Positions 33,190-42,049 are shown, counted from the first letter of the stretch. The stretch is 42,733 bases of DNA from Candidatus Anderseniibacteriota bacterium (GCA_035290125.1 DATDVI010000069.1:1-42733); one strand, 5' to 3'. A program made the numbers and translations. Notes: generated from the sequence alone by a model not told the origin.

Positions 33190-33786
33190 TCATCCTGCCT
33201 TGTTTGCGGGCGTGTATGCAAGTAAAACCTCTCGAGCCAGTTTCTCATTACCACGCAGTGCCGTGACCTGATAATAGTCCCGCAGACGCATGAAAGCGCC
33301 TCGCAGCTCAGCGCTGGGGCCCCCCTCCCGCAGGCGCTGTTCTAAATCCTGGGCGATTTTGCCGATAGCATCGGGCTCCTCTGCGGCTGCCGGCCGCGCC
33401 GACACCCAACGCTGCTGGCAGCGCGATAAAATCGTTGCGGGCAAGCGGCGCGGATAGACGCTGGTCAGTAGGTAGCGCGTAGCGCGCGTCGGCTCCTCCA
33501 GTGTCTTAAGGAGTGCCTGAGCGGCTGGCCCACTCAGTCGCTCCGCGCGAGGAATCACCACCAGGCGCACGCCACTCCAGGCGGTGCGCCTCGTAGCTGC
33601 AATAAGATCCCGAATCTCGGCAATAGTAATCGTTGGTACATCCGCTGGCAGTGTTAGTACTTCAGCCGTTCCCCGATCAATCATCAGCGCCGCCACGATA
33701 TCGCGAAGTGCTGCCTCCCGCCCCGTCAGCAGAAGCGGCGCTTGCGCCTCTCGCGCCTGCAACCACTCGCGCATGTCGGCAATCAT
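33190..33786 (-). CDS. holB: Short DNA polymerase III delta'-like clamp-loader subunit
   Basis: 'AAQALLKTLEEPTRATRYLLTS' and 'ATILSRCQ' are present. No P-loop is recognisable. Confidence 0.6.
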   Translation of the reverse strand: MIADMREWLQAREAQAPLLLTGREAALRDIVAALMIDRGTAEVLTLPADVPTITIAEIRDLIAATRRTAWSGVRLVVIPRAERLSGPAAQALLKTLEEPTRATRYLLTSVYPRRLPATILSRCQQRWVSARPAAAEEPDAIGKIAQDLEQRLREGGPSAELRGAFMRLRDYYQVTALRGNEKLAREVLLAYTPANKAG

Positions 33787-34646
33787 CGGCGGGCCAGATA
33801 GTACAACAAAGGCGGCGCCACCAGGAGCGAAGAGTACGTCCCCACAATCGTACCGGCGATCAGCGCAACCACGAACCAGCGAATCGACTCCCCGCCAAAG
33901 AAGAACAGTGCCCCTAGCACCAGCAGGATCGCAAACGATATGTTCAGAGAACGTGTCACACAGGCCCGCACCGCGCGATCAAGAATATCCAGAAAGTTCC
34001 CGCTCGATCGAGTACGCCAATCACGCTTGAAGCGGTCGAAAATAACAATCGTGTCGTTCACCGAAAAGCCAAGCAGTGAGAGCATGGCTGTGACGAACAG
34101 CGTATCCATTACCACATTCAGCACCTCTCCCAAAATCACAAAGAGCGCCGTGACGACCGCCAGGTCATGGAGCAGTGCGTAGAGTGCCGCCAGGCCGAAT
34201 TTCCAACCCGCAATTATGCCCTTTGTTTCGCGGAAAATAAAGATGAGGTAGACAATGATCACCAGCGATACCAGCCCCAGGCTAAGAGTCGCCTTGCGCC
34301 GCAGTTCCGTGCCAATCGTCGGGCCGATCGATTCATACCGCAGCTCCTGCATAAACATGCCAGCTGCCTCGAGCGCCGCCACCACTGCAGCGTGCTCCTC
34401 CTCAGTCAGAGGTACCGTCCGAATGAAGTACTGCCCATCGGCCAGGCTCACGGTAACGGGCAGCTCGAGCTCCTCCTGCAAAAGAGTTCGCACTGCCTCG
34501 GCATCCGGTGCCCGGCCCTCGATAACCAGGAGTGATCCGCCGGTAAAATCAATCCCCAGGTTGAAGCCCAGCGTGGCGATAATAACGAAGCTCACCGCAA
34601 TCGTTACCACGCCCACTATCAGCCACAGACGAGTCTCTTGAATCAT
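33783..34646 (-). CDS. secF: Protein translocase subunit SecF
   Basis: 'GIDFTGG', 'HDLAVV' and 'SVNDTIVIFDR' are present. Confidence 0.85.
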   Translation of the reverse strand: MIQETRLWLIVGVVTIAVSFVIIATLGFNLGIDFTGGSLLVIEGRAPDAEAVRTLLQEELELPVTVSLADGQYFIRTVPLTEEEHAAVVAALEAAGMFMQELRYESIGPTIGTELRRKATLSLGLVSLVIIVYLIFIFRETKGIIAGWKFGLAALYALLHDLAVVTALFVILGEVLNVVMDTLFVTAMLSLLGFSVNDTIVIFDRFKRDWRTRSSGNFLDILDRAVRACVTRSLNISFAILLVLGALFFFGGESIRWFVVALIAGTIVGTYSSLLVAPPLLYYLARR

Positions 34647-35950
34647 ATCAGGCGGGGCGCCCAGCGCGTGCTCAGCACCAAGAAAAGCAGTAACTTTGTC
34701 ACTGCCACCGTCACCAGCATCGAGAGAATGATACCGAGTGCTAAGGTCAGGGCAAAGCCGCGAATAATTGAAGTGCCAAAGCCATATAAAATAAGGGCGG
34801 TTAGCAAGCTGGAAATGTTCGATGCGTTAATCGACCCCCACGCCTCCGAAAAGCCATCAGTCAACGCGTAGCGCAGCTCCTTACCCGCCCGAATATTTTC
34901 TTTCAGGCGCTCAAAAATCAGCACGTTAGCGTCGACCGCCATGCCAATACTCAAAATAGAACCAGCCACGCCAGCCAGGGTTAACGTGACGGGGAGCAAT
35001 TTAAGCAGGGCCAGGAAAAAGAGGGCATAGATCAGCAGGGCTATCGTGGCCACGATGCCCGGCAAGCGATAGAACGCGATCAGCCACACTGCCACCGCCG
35101 CCAGCCCCGCCAGGCCGGCGCGCGTACTGTCTACAACCGACTGTCGCCCCAGCGCCGGGCCTATCGTCTGCTGGCCAATGAGCTCAATAGGGATCGGCAA
35201 GGCGCCAGCATTCAGGCGAATAGCCAATTGCTTCGCCTCCTCCAGCGCAAAGCCACCAGAAATGACCGCCTGACCGTTCGTAATCTGAGCTTGCACAATC
35301 GGTGCGCTGATAGGCACGCCATCCAGGTAAATCGCGATACGCCGCCCCAGATTTTCGGCTGTCAGTGCGGAAAAGAGTTCCGCCCCCTCGCCGTCGAACT
35401 CCAGATTAACCTGCGGCTGCCCGATCACCGGGTCAAAAGAAACGGTCGCTCGCTTCAGGTGCTTTCCGGTGAGCTCCGTGCGCTCAAAAACGGGTCCGGT
35501 CAGGCTGGTTGCATCATCCTGATTGAACTCACCTGCGGCCACTTCCACCTCGCGGCGGAAATCGAGTTGCGGCGTCTCGCCAATCAGGCGAATGGCCTCA
35601 TTGGGATCGTGCACTCCCGCCAACTCGACGATAATTCGCTCCTCACCAACCACGCTGCTCGTCTGCACAATGGGCTCCGACACTCCAAAGGCATTAACAC
35701 GCCGTTCAATGACGTCGCGAACACCAGCCATGGCCCCATCAACCTCTTTCTGCGGGATGCCGCTCAGATTAGCCCGATAAATCAGATGCGATCCGCCTTG
35801 TAAATCGAGTCCCAATTTAATAGTCAGGTCCCGTTCAAATGCTCCCAGGCGCAGGTGCGGATGCCACGGGGAGTCAATCCACGCGGCCAGTGCGGCGAGC
35901 GCGATGACGAGCAGTAAGGTCCAAAGTTGCCGGCGGCGTTCACGCTGCAT
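34643..35950 (-). CDS. secD: Protein translocase subunit SecD
   Basis: 'LGLDLQGG' and 'GMAVDANVLIFERLKE' are present. Start is ATG 35950; GTG 35986 is an alternative. Confidence 0.85.
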   Translation of the reverse strand: MQRERRRQLWTLLLVIALAALAAWIDSPWHPHLRLGAFERDLTIKLGLDLQGGSHLIYRANLSGIPQKEVDGAMAGVRDVIERRVNAFGVSEPIVQTSSVVGEERIIVELAGVHDPNEAIRLIGETPQLDFRREVEVAAGEFNQDDATSLTGPVFERTELTGKHLKRATVSFDPVIGQPQVNLEFDGEGAELFSALTAENLGRRIAIYLDGVPISAPIVQAQITNGQAVISGGFALEEAKQLAIRLNAGALPIPIELIGQQTIGPALGRQSVVDSTRAGLAGLAAVAVWLIAFYRLPGIVATIALLIYALFFLALLKLLPVTLTLAGVAGSILSIGMAVDANVLIFERLKENIRAGKELRYALTDGFSEAWGSINASNISSLLTALILYGFGTSIIRGFALTLALGIILSMLVTVAVTKLLLFLVLSTRWAPRLI

Positions 35951-35970
35951 ATCGCCTACAGTAGCAATAT

Positions 35971-38508
35971 TTAGGCACCATGGCACTTCTTATATTTCCT
36001 CCCGCTGCCACACGGGCATGGGTCATTTCTGCTCACCTGTTTGCTCGTCGTTTTACTCGTCGTCCTCACAGTTGCCGCCGGCGCTGGTGCCACGCGTGGA
36101 GAGACAGCGACCGTCGACTGGGCATGAAAAATGGTTTCCAGGAGAGAAGTAACAATCGTCTGCATCAGGTTCTGAAACAGCCGATAGCTTTCTTTCTGAT
36201 ACTCCACCAACGGATCGCGCTGACCATACCCACGCAACCCAATGCCCGTCCGTAGGTAGTCCATGGTGTCCAGGTGATCCATCCAGTGCAGGTCAATTGA
36301 GCGCAACGCCGCCGCCTGCATGAGCGCCGCAAATTGCCCCTCGTTGAATTGAGTGGCTCGGGCAGCCAACTGCTCGTGCAACACCGTCTGCACAACTGTC
36401 TTGAGGCGTTGCCGGCCCACGTCGGGGCCCTCGCGTTCCGCAGCGACCTGCGACTCCTCAATCGCTGCTTGCAGCGTCGCATCATGGACTCCCGCTAAGG
36501 CATGAATACTTTGGACAATTTCTTTGCCGTCCCATTCAACCGCTCGGTCACTGGCGGTATGCAGCGCCACCAGCTCTTCGCCAAAATTTTTGAGCAGCTG
36601 TTCGATTTTTTCAGCCAGCGCAGTACTGCCGCTCTGATCGCGCCAGGCCCTCTCGAGCAGGATCGCGCGGCGCAGTGTGTAGATCGCTGTGCGCTGCCGA
36701 TTAAGCACGTCGTCGTAGGCCAGTACTTGCTTGCGCATATCAAAGTAGTATCCCTCAACGCGTTCTTGCGCTCCCTCCAGCGCGCGGTTCACCAATCGAT
36801 TTTCAATGGGTTCATCGGCCGGTACTTTTAAGCGCTGCATAACGTTGCGAATCTTTTCACCCCCGAAAATGCGCATGACGTCGTCTTCCAGGCTGACAAA
36901 AAATTGCGTGGCTCCCGGGTCCCCTTGTCGCCCGCTCCGGCCGCGCAGCTGATTGTCGATTCGACGAGCCTCATGCCGCTCGGTGCCGAGCACAAATAGT
37001 CCGCCGGTCTCCGCCACACCAGCGCCAAGCTTAATGTCCGTACCGCGCCCAGCCATGTTCGTTGAAATAGTCACGCCACCCTTGTGTCCGGCTTTAGCAA
37101 TAATCTCCGCCTCGCGGGCATGGTTCTTCGCATTAAGAACTTCGTGGGGAATACCGTCGCGCTTGAGCAGCGCCGCCAAACGCTCAGATTTTTCAATGGC
37201 AATCGTGCCGACCAGGACCGGCTGCCCCTGCTGGTGGCGGGCGCGTATTTCATTCACAGCGGCCGCAAACTTAGCCGCTTCCGTCCCGTAAATCCGATCG
37301 GGCTTATCCTGGCGGATCATGGGGCGGTGCGTCGGCACGACCACAACCTCCATGTTGTACACCTTTTCAAATTCCTCTGCACTTGTCACCGCCGTACCCG
37401 TCATGCCGGCCAAGGTATCGTAGAGGCGGAAGAAATTCTGAAACGTAATCGTTGCCAAGGTTCGGCTCTCTTGCTGTACCCGCACGCCCTCTTTTGCTTC
37501 GATCGCCTGGTGCAATCCCTCGGCGTAGCGTCGTCCCTCCATCAGCCGGCCCGTAAATTCATCGACAATCACCACCGCACCATCTTTCACCACATAATCT
37601 TTATCCCGGCGGTAGAGGTTGTGCGCCCGCAGCGCCTGCTCGAGGTGATGCACAAAGCGAATACCGCCCTCTTCATACATATTACTGAGGCCGAGTAGTT
37701 CTTCGACTTTACCTACTCCCTCATCGGTCAGCGTCACGGCGCGGCGCTTCTCATCAATATTGTAGTGAGTATTCTCCGCAAGCTGCGGCACTAAGCGCGC
37801 AAAGCGGCTATACAGCTGCGTTGATTCCGCATCGGGCGCCGAAATAATCAGCGGCGTTCTGGCTTCATCAATCAGGATACTATCGACTTCATCAACAATG
37901 GCATAGCCCAGCGATCGCTGGGCCATGTCTTCTGGCCGCTGCGCCATGTTATCGCGCAAATAGTCGAACCCTACTTCGTTATTTGTTGCATATGTTATAT
38001 CCGCGGCATAGGCCGCTCGCTTCTCCGCCGCAGTTTTTCCCGGCACGCTCACGCCCACTGTCAGGCCAAAGAATTCATACAGCGGACTCATCCAGGCCGC
38101 ATCGCGGGCTGCCAAATAATCATTCACGGTAACCAGGTGGGCGCCCGTGCCGGTGAGCGCGCGAAAAATCAGGGGCAGTGTGGCCACCAATGTTTTCCCT
38201 TCGCCCGTTTTCATCTCGGCAATAACGCCATCGAGCAGCGCCAGGCCACCCAACAGCTGCACGTCAAAATGGCGCATCTGCAACACCCGCCGGCTGGCTT
38301 CCCTAATAGCCGCAAAAATCTCTACGGTGGCTTTCTCGAGCTCGGGCAGGCTCTTGCCCTTGTGCTGCCCAACTACCTCGCGCAGCGCAGCGTCGCCCCG
38401 CGCGCGCATAGCGGCGTCGAGGTCGTGGGCCTCTCGCACCGCTGGCCAGTACCGATCGGCGGCTTTAGTAAATCGCCTCGTTTTAGACAGCAAGGAAAAA
38501 AATGACAT
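35971..38508 (-). CDS. secA: Preprotein translocase ATPase SecA
   Basis: It has 'MKTGEGKT' (Walker A), the DEAD-like motif 'VDEVDSILIDEA' and a C-terminal 'CPCGSGRKYKKCHG'. A GGTGAGG SD is present. Confidence 0.95.
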   Translation of the reverse strand: MSFFSLLSKTRRFTKAADRYWPAVREAHDLDAAMRARGDAALREVVGQHKGKSLPELEKATVEIFAAIREASRRVLQMRHFDVQLLGGLALLDGVIAEMKTGEGKTLVATLPLIFRALTGTGAHLVTVNDYLAARDAAWMSPLYEFFGLTVGVSVPGKTAAEKRAAYAADITYATNNEVGFDYLRDNMAQRPEDMAQRSLGYAIVDEVDSILIDEARTPLIISAPDAESTQLYSRFARLVPQLAENTHYNIDEKRRAVTLTDEGVGKVEELLGLSNMYEEGGIRFVHHLEQALRAHNLYRRDKDYVVKDGAVVIVDEFTGRLMEGRRYAEGLHQAIEAKEGVRVQQESRTLATITFQNFFRLYDTLAGMTGTAVTSAEEFEKVYNMEVVVVPTHRPMIRQDKPDRIYGTEAAKFAAAVNEIRARHQQGQPVLVGTIAIEKSERLAALLKRDGIPHEVLNAKNHAREAEIIAKAGHKGGVTISTNMAGRGTDIKLGAGVAETGGLFVLGTERHEARRIDNQLRGRSGRQGDPGATQFFVSLEDDVMRIFGGEKIRNVMQRLKVPADEPIENRLVNRALEGAQERVEGYYFDMRKQVLAYDDVLNRQRTAIYTLRRAILLERAWRDQSGSTALAEKIEQLLKNFGEELVALHTASDRAVEWDGKEIVQSIHALAGVHDATLQAAIEESQVAAEREGPDVGRQRLKTVVQTVLHEQLAARATQFNEGQFAALMQAAALRSIDLHWMDHLDTMDYLRTGIGLRGYGQRDPLVEYQKESYRLFQNLMQTIVTSLLETIFHAQSTVAVSPRVAPAPAATVRTTSKTTSKQVSRNDPCPCGSGRKYKKCHGA

Positions 38509-38517
38509 TTCCTCACC

Positions 38518-38823
38518 CTAATGCTTCCGGCGTTGCTTGTCACGCTCTTTTCCAAGCTCCGCTTTTAAGGCAGCCACCGTCTTATCCACCGCAGTCTGCA
38601 CCGTATCTCCACCTCGCTCCGCATGAAAAATAGCCCCTCCCTGCGAAATGGTCAGCGTACAGGTAATAATCTGCCCGCTGCGGTGGTGCGCATCAGCGCG
38701 CAAGACCACCCGCGTATGAAACGGGATCTGAACATGCTTCTGTAGGCGCTGCAACTTTTCCTCCAGCAGCTCATAATCAGCAGCCGACAGTTCAATATTC
38801 TGGCACGTCAGTGAATGCTTCAC
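38518..38823 (-). CDS. hpf: Ribosome hibernation promoting factor/RaiA (short form)
   Basis: 'NIELSAADYELLEEKLQRLQKH' is present. The start is probably GTG 38823 in a GTGA overlap with the GT4 stop. The ORF-track start 38844 is TTG. Confidence 0.75.
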   Translation of the reverse strand: MKHSLTCQNIELSAADYELLEEKLQRLQKHVQIPFHTRVVLRADAHHRSGQIITCTLTISQGGAIFHAERGGDTVQTAVDKTVAALKAELGKERDKQRRKH

Positions 38824-39929
38824 GTCTCTAGTATGCCTCGACAAGCCGCCACAATGCCAGCCCGAAAACGCGCGGGGGAAAAGCGGAGCATAGAGCCTTG
38901 GAGTGCCTCTGGCGAGAAGTACGTCTCCCCGCTCAAGAACTGCCGCATCGCCTCCGCCAGCGCCTCAACCTGTGGGATCTCGTAGGTGAGGCCGCTCACG
39001 CCCGCTTCAATAATTTCCTTGGCCCCGCCCCGACCCAGCGCAATAACCGGCGTCCCGCAGGCCAGTGCCTCAGCCGCCGCCATGCCAAAATCTTCAACGC
39101 CTGGTTGCAGCAGCGCGCGTGCTCCGCGCAGGTACTCCCGCAGCTCGTAATCATTGACTCCCCCAACGAAGCGGGTATACCGCCCGGCGAGAGCTCGCAA
39201 GCGGCGCTGCTCGCTCCCCACGCCAACAACGACCAGCGGTACCTTGAGTTTCTCGCACACCGTGATCGCCTGGTCAAAGTTCTTACTCGGCGTCAACCGC
39301 CCAACTACGAGGAAGTAATCGCGCGTAGCAGGGGGAAGGGGAGTAAAAAACGCGGTGTTTATTGGCGGGTACAGAACCGTACTTTCCCGCCGGTAGTAGG
39401 ATTGTATGCGTGCCTGAGTAAATGCTGAGTTAGCCAGGTACACTCCCACCCGCTGCGCTGCGGCAAAATCAGCCAAGCGCAGGTAGTGCATACCCACACG
39501 AGCCGGCCACCGTGCCCAAGCCGGCTGCCGCTCAAGAGCCGCGTGCGCGTCGCTCCACAAATAGCGCGTCGGGGTGTGGCAGTAGCACAGGTGCGGCACC
39601 GAAACGCGGGTGACAACAGCTTTCGCAAAAGCACTGGCCGAACTGAGTACGAGATCATAGGTCGATAAATCGAATTGCTCCGCTGCCTGGGGCAGCAGCG
39701 GCAGCAAGCGGGATGGGTGCCGGCGCCACCACAGGGGGAAACGCTGCAAAAAAGACGTCCGCACGTGGTACGTCCGCCCATCGACAATCATTTTGGGCTC
39801 TCCGGCATAGAGAGCGTACAGATCCGCCTGCGGAAAAATCCGCACCAATTCCTCGAGCACAATTTCAGCCCCGCCCCGCCGCGTCAGCTCATCATGAACC
39901 AGCGCCACCTTAAGATCCCCCAAAGACAT
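38820..39929 (-). CDS. GT4-family (group 1) glycosyltransferase
   Basis: It has 'VALVHDELTRRGGAE', and the E-x7-E region 'EDFGMAAAEALACGTPVIA'. Confidence 0.8.
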   Translation of the reverse strand: MSLGDLKVALVHDELTRRGGAEIVLEELVRIFPQADLYALYAGEPKMIVDGRTYHVRTSFLQRFPLWWRRHPSRLLPLLPQAAEQFDLSTYDLVLSSASAFAKAVVTRVSVPHLCYCHTPTRYLWSDAHAALERQPAWARWPARVGMHYLRLADFAAAQRVGVYLANSAFTQARIQSYYRRESTVLYPPINTAFFTPLPPATRDYFLVVGRLTPSKNFDQAITVCEKLKVPLVVVGVGSEQRRLRALAGRYTRFVGGVNDYELREYLRGARALLQPGVEDFGMAAAEALACGTPVIALGRGGAKEIIEAGVSGLTYEIPQVEALAEAMRQFLSGETYFSPEALQGSMLRFSPARFRAGIVAACRGILET

Positions 39930-39935
39930 CGGTTA

Positions 39936-39964
39936 ACAGTACTTGAGTGGGGCATCCCAAGCAA
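39936..39964 (-). promoter_or_regulatory. Promoter heading the long minus-strand gene run; the -10 ends 6 nt before the ATG
   Basis: The minus strand has TTGCTT, a 17-nt spacer, TACTGT, then TAACCG and ATG 39929. Confidence 0.4.
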
Positions 39965-40014
39965 GAAAAAACTTTTGAATAGCCTCCTTCATGGAGCTTC
40001 CCCCACCTCCCCAC

Positions 40015-40040
40015 ACATCGACGCGTCAACGCGTCGATGT
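40015..40040. repeat. 26-bp palindrome, copy 2 (ACATCGACGCGT-CA-ACGCGTCGATGT)
   Basis: It is perfect. Its last base begins a TATAAT box (40040-45) facing ORF 40133. Confidence 0.9.
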
Positions 40041-40132
40041 ATAATAAAAGCCCATTGTAGATATAGACAAGGGAAAGTTAAGATAATCCAGAGTACAGTT
40101 TGAACACTTAACAATTTTACCAAAGGTGCGCC

Positions 40133-40399
40133 ATGTTCTTATCGGCTATCAGATCGGTTGTGAAATGGATCGGTATTATCGCTGGCATTATCGGTGTGGG
40201 ACTCTCGCTCATTCTGTATCTCGCGCTTTTGATGTCTGGCTTTTTTCCGCTTTTGCCAGGCGATTACTTTCACCAATGCTTTATGGCGCAGTTTGAATGC
40301 ATGGGGGTAATGTTCGCCGCAGCAGGTGTATATGACAGCCTAGGATCAAGTACAGCTAGAGAAGCTGATTCCTACGACCTTTCAGATCAAGAAAAGTAG
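40133..40399 (+). CDS. Small membrane protein (88 aa)
   Basis: An AAGGTG SD is present. There are two or three hydrophobic helices and an acidic tail. Confidence 0.45.
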   Translation: MFLSAIRSVVKWIGIIAGIIGVGLSLILYLALLMSGFFPLLPGDYFHQCFMAQFECMGVMFAAAGVYDSLGSSTAREADSYDLSDQEK

Positions 40400-40410
40400 C
40401 ACGCGCTCAC

Positions 40411-40439
40411 GCCGGCCTGTCCAAGTCCGGCTTCTTTTT
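40411..40439 (+). terminator. Weak terminator after ORF 40133
   Basis: GCCGG-N11-CCGGC is followed by TTCTTTTTA. Confidence 0.4.
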
Positions 40440-40462
40440 ACCCAAGCAGGTCCGATTCCGAC

Positions 40463-40488
40463 ACATCGACGCGTCAACGCGTCGATGT
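40463..40488. repeat. 26-bp palindrome, copy 3
   Basis: It is perfect. It ends 11 nt upstream of TGcTATAAT and overlaps the alternative ATG 40485. Confidence 0.9.
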
Positions 40489-40496
40489 ATGAAAAA

Positions 40497-40505
40497 TGCT
40501 ATAAT
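40497..40505 (+). promoter_or_regulatory. Extended -10 (TGcTATAAT) ending 6 nt before GTG 40512
   Basis: The -10 is consensus, followed by TTTTTC and then the GTG. Confidence 0.45.
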
Positions 40506-40511
40506 TTTTTC

Positions 40512-40973
40512 GTGGCGACGTTTGATTATCGCGAGTTGGAACCGGCCGAGCGGCGGCGGATGCTTACGCAGCTAGCCGAGGTGTTCGCAACACTCAAGAC
40601 AGCAGATAACATTCGCTTCTTTTTAGAACGCTTACTCACCGAAAGTGAGCTTGTGATGCTCGCGCGCCGCCTGGCAGTCGCCGAGCTACTCACGCATGGG
40701 CGAACGTACGAACAAATTCAGCGAAAGCTCAAAGTCGGCGTCTCCACCATTCGTGGCGTCGATCGCTGGCTCACCGATGCCGCACACGAGTATCACCTGA
40801 TCCGTGAGCATCAACGTCAAGAAGAACAAGACGCAGCCTGGCGAAAGAAGCGAACGCCACGCCATCGATCGCTGCTTGATCACCCCAATTTTCCCAATGA
40901 GCTGCGCGGCCTCATCCGCGGCGACTCACGCATGATCCTCTTTCGCCTCCTCCTCGGCGACTTCAACAATTAA
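40512..40973 (+). CDS. TrpR/YerC-YecD-family DNA-binding protein with a basic/acidic C-terminal extension
   Basis: 'IRFFLERLLTESELVMLARRLAVAELLTHGRTYEQIQRKLKVGVSTIRGVDRWL' fits the TrpR-like pattern. The start is ambiguous: GTG 40512 or ATG 40485. Confidence 0.65.
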   Translation: MATFDYRELEPAERRRMLTQLAEVFATLKTADNIRFFLERLLTESELVMLARRLAVAELLTHGRTYEQIQRKLKVGVSTIRGVDRWLTDAAHEYHLIREHQRQEEQDAAWRKKRTPRHRSLLDHPNFPNELRGLIRGDSRMILFRLLLGDFNN

Positions 40974-40977
40974 TTTC

Positions 40978-41003
40978 ACATCGACGCGTCAACGCGTCGA
41001 CGT
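40978..41003. repeat. 26-bp palindrome, copy 4 (one mismatch, ...GTCGACGT)
   Basis: It begins 4 nt after the trpR-like stop. It sits between convergent genes. Confidence 0.85.
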
Positions 41004-41038
41004 ATACACTAGCTACCTGGTGAGTGACAAAAAAGGCG

Positions 41039-42049
41039 TTATTTTGTGAGTAGCACACTGCGCTTGTAGGCGTCGATGTTTTCGAGCGCCGCTCCCGCTC
41101 CTTTAACCACGCACACCAGCGGGTCATCCGCCACGTAGCACGGTACATTCGTAGCCCGCGAGATCAGCTGGTCGATGTTGCGCAGCAGCGCCCCGCCGCC
41201 GCTGACCACAATGCCCTGATCAATCACATCGGCCGCCAACTCGGGCGGAGTTTCTTGCAGCACCTGCTTAATAGCCTGTAGTACATCGTCGAGCGGATCT
41301 CTCAGCGCTTCGGTGACTTCGATAGAAGAAATAACGGTCTCTTTCGGCAAACCGCTGGCTAAATCCCGCCCGCGAATGGTCATATGCTGCGGCTCTTCAT
41401 CCGGCAGAGCTGAACCGATAGTAATTTTGATATATTCAGCCGTTTGTTCGCCAATCACCACGCCGTACCGCTTGCGGATATGGTCCACAATTGCTTCATC
41501 GAAACGGTTGCCGCCGACGCGAGCGGAATGAGCCGCCACAATGCCGCCCAGCGAGATAATAGCCACCTCACACGTGCCGCCGCCAATATCAACGATCATG
41601 TGCCCCGAGCTTTCGCCAATCGGAATGCCAGCGCCAATGGCCGCGGCCACCGGCTCTTTAATTAAGTACGCCGCTCGCGCCCCGGCCGACATCGTGGCAT
41701 CCACCACCGCGCGCCGCTCGGTGCTGGTAATACCCGCCGGCACCGAAACCAGTACTTCCGGGCGCAGCCAGCGCACCGAAGCACCAGTTTTTTGAATCAG
41801 ATAGCGCAGCATGGCCTCAGTCACCCGGTAATCGGCGATCACCCCATCGCGCAGCGGCCGATGCGCCACAATACTTTCTGGCGTGCGGCCAATCATTTCT
41901 TTCGCTTCAGTGCCAATAGCCAGCACTGCGTTCTCCTCAACTGAAACCGCCACAACCGACGGCTCATTTAAGATTATGCCCGCCCGCGGCGCGTAAATAA
42001 GGGTACTGGTCGTCCCTAAATCGATCGCGATTTTACGCGTGAACGGCAT
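41039..42049 (-). CDS. mreB: MreB-like actin homolog (copy 2)
   Basis: 'IAIDLGTTSTLIY', 'DIGGGTCEVAI' and 'VSGGGAL' are present. Start is ATG 42049, which overlaps the murA stop. Confidence 0.85.
   Translation of the reverse strand: MPFTRKIAIDLGTTSTLIYAPRAGIILNEPSVVAVSVEENAVLAIGTEAKEMIGRTPESIVAHRPLRDGVIADYRVTEAMLRYLIQKTGASVRWLRPEVLVSVPAGITSTERRAVVDATMSAGARAAYLIKEPVAAAIGAGIPIGESSGHMIVDIGGGTCEVAIISLGGIVAAHSARVGGNRFDEAIVDHIRKRYGVVIGEQTAEYIKITIGSALPDEEPQHMTIRGRDLASGLPKETVISSIEVTEALRDPLDDVLQAIKQVLQETPPELAADVIDQGIVVSGGGALLRNIDQLISRATNVPCYVADDPLVCVVKGAGAALENIDAYKRSVLLTK

Noticed and set aside
40021-40036. The paired MluI-type ACGCGT sites inside the palindrome, considered as a restriction-modification target signature.
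   Set aside because: No R-M genes are in the window. ACGCGT is simply part of the larger conserved 26-mer, so the larger element is the relevant unit.
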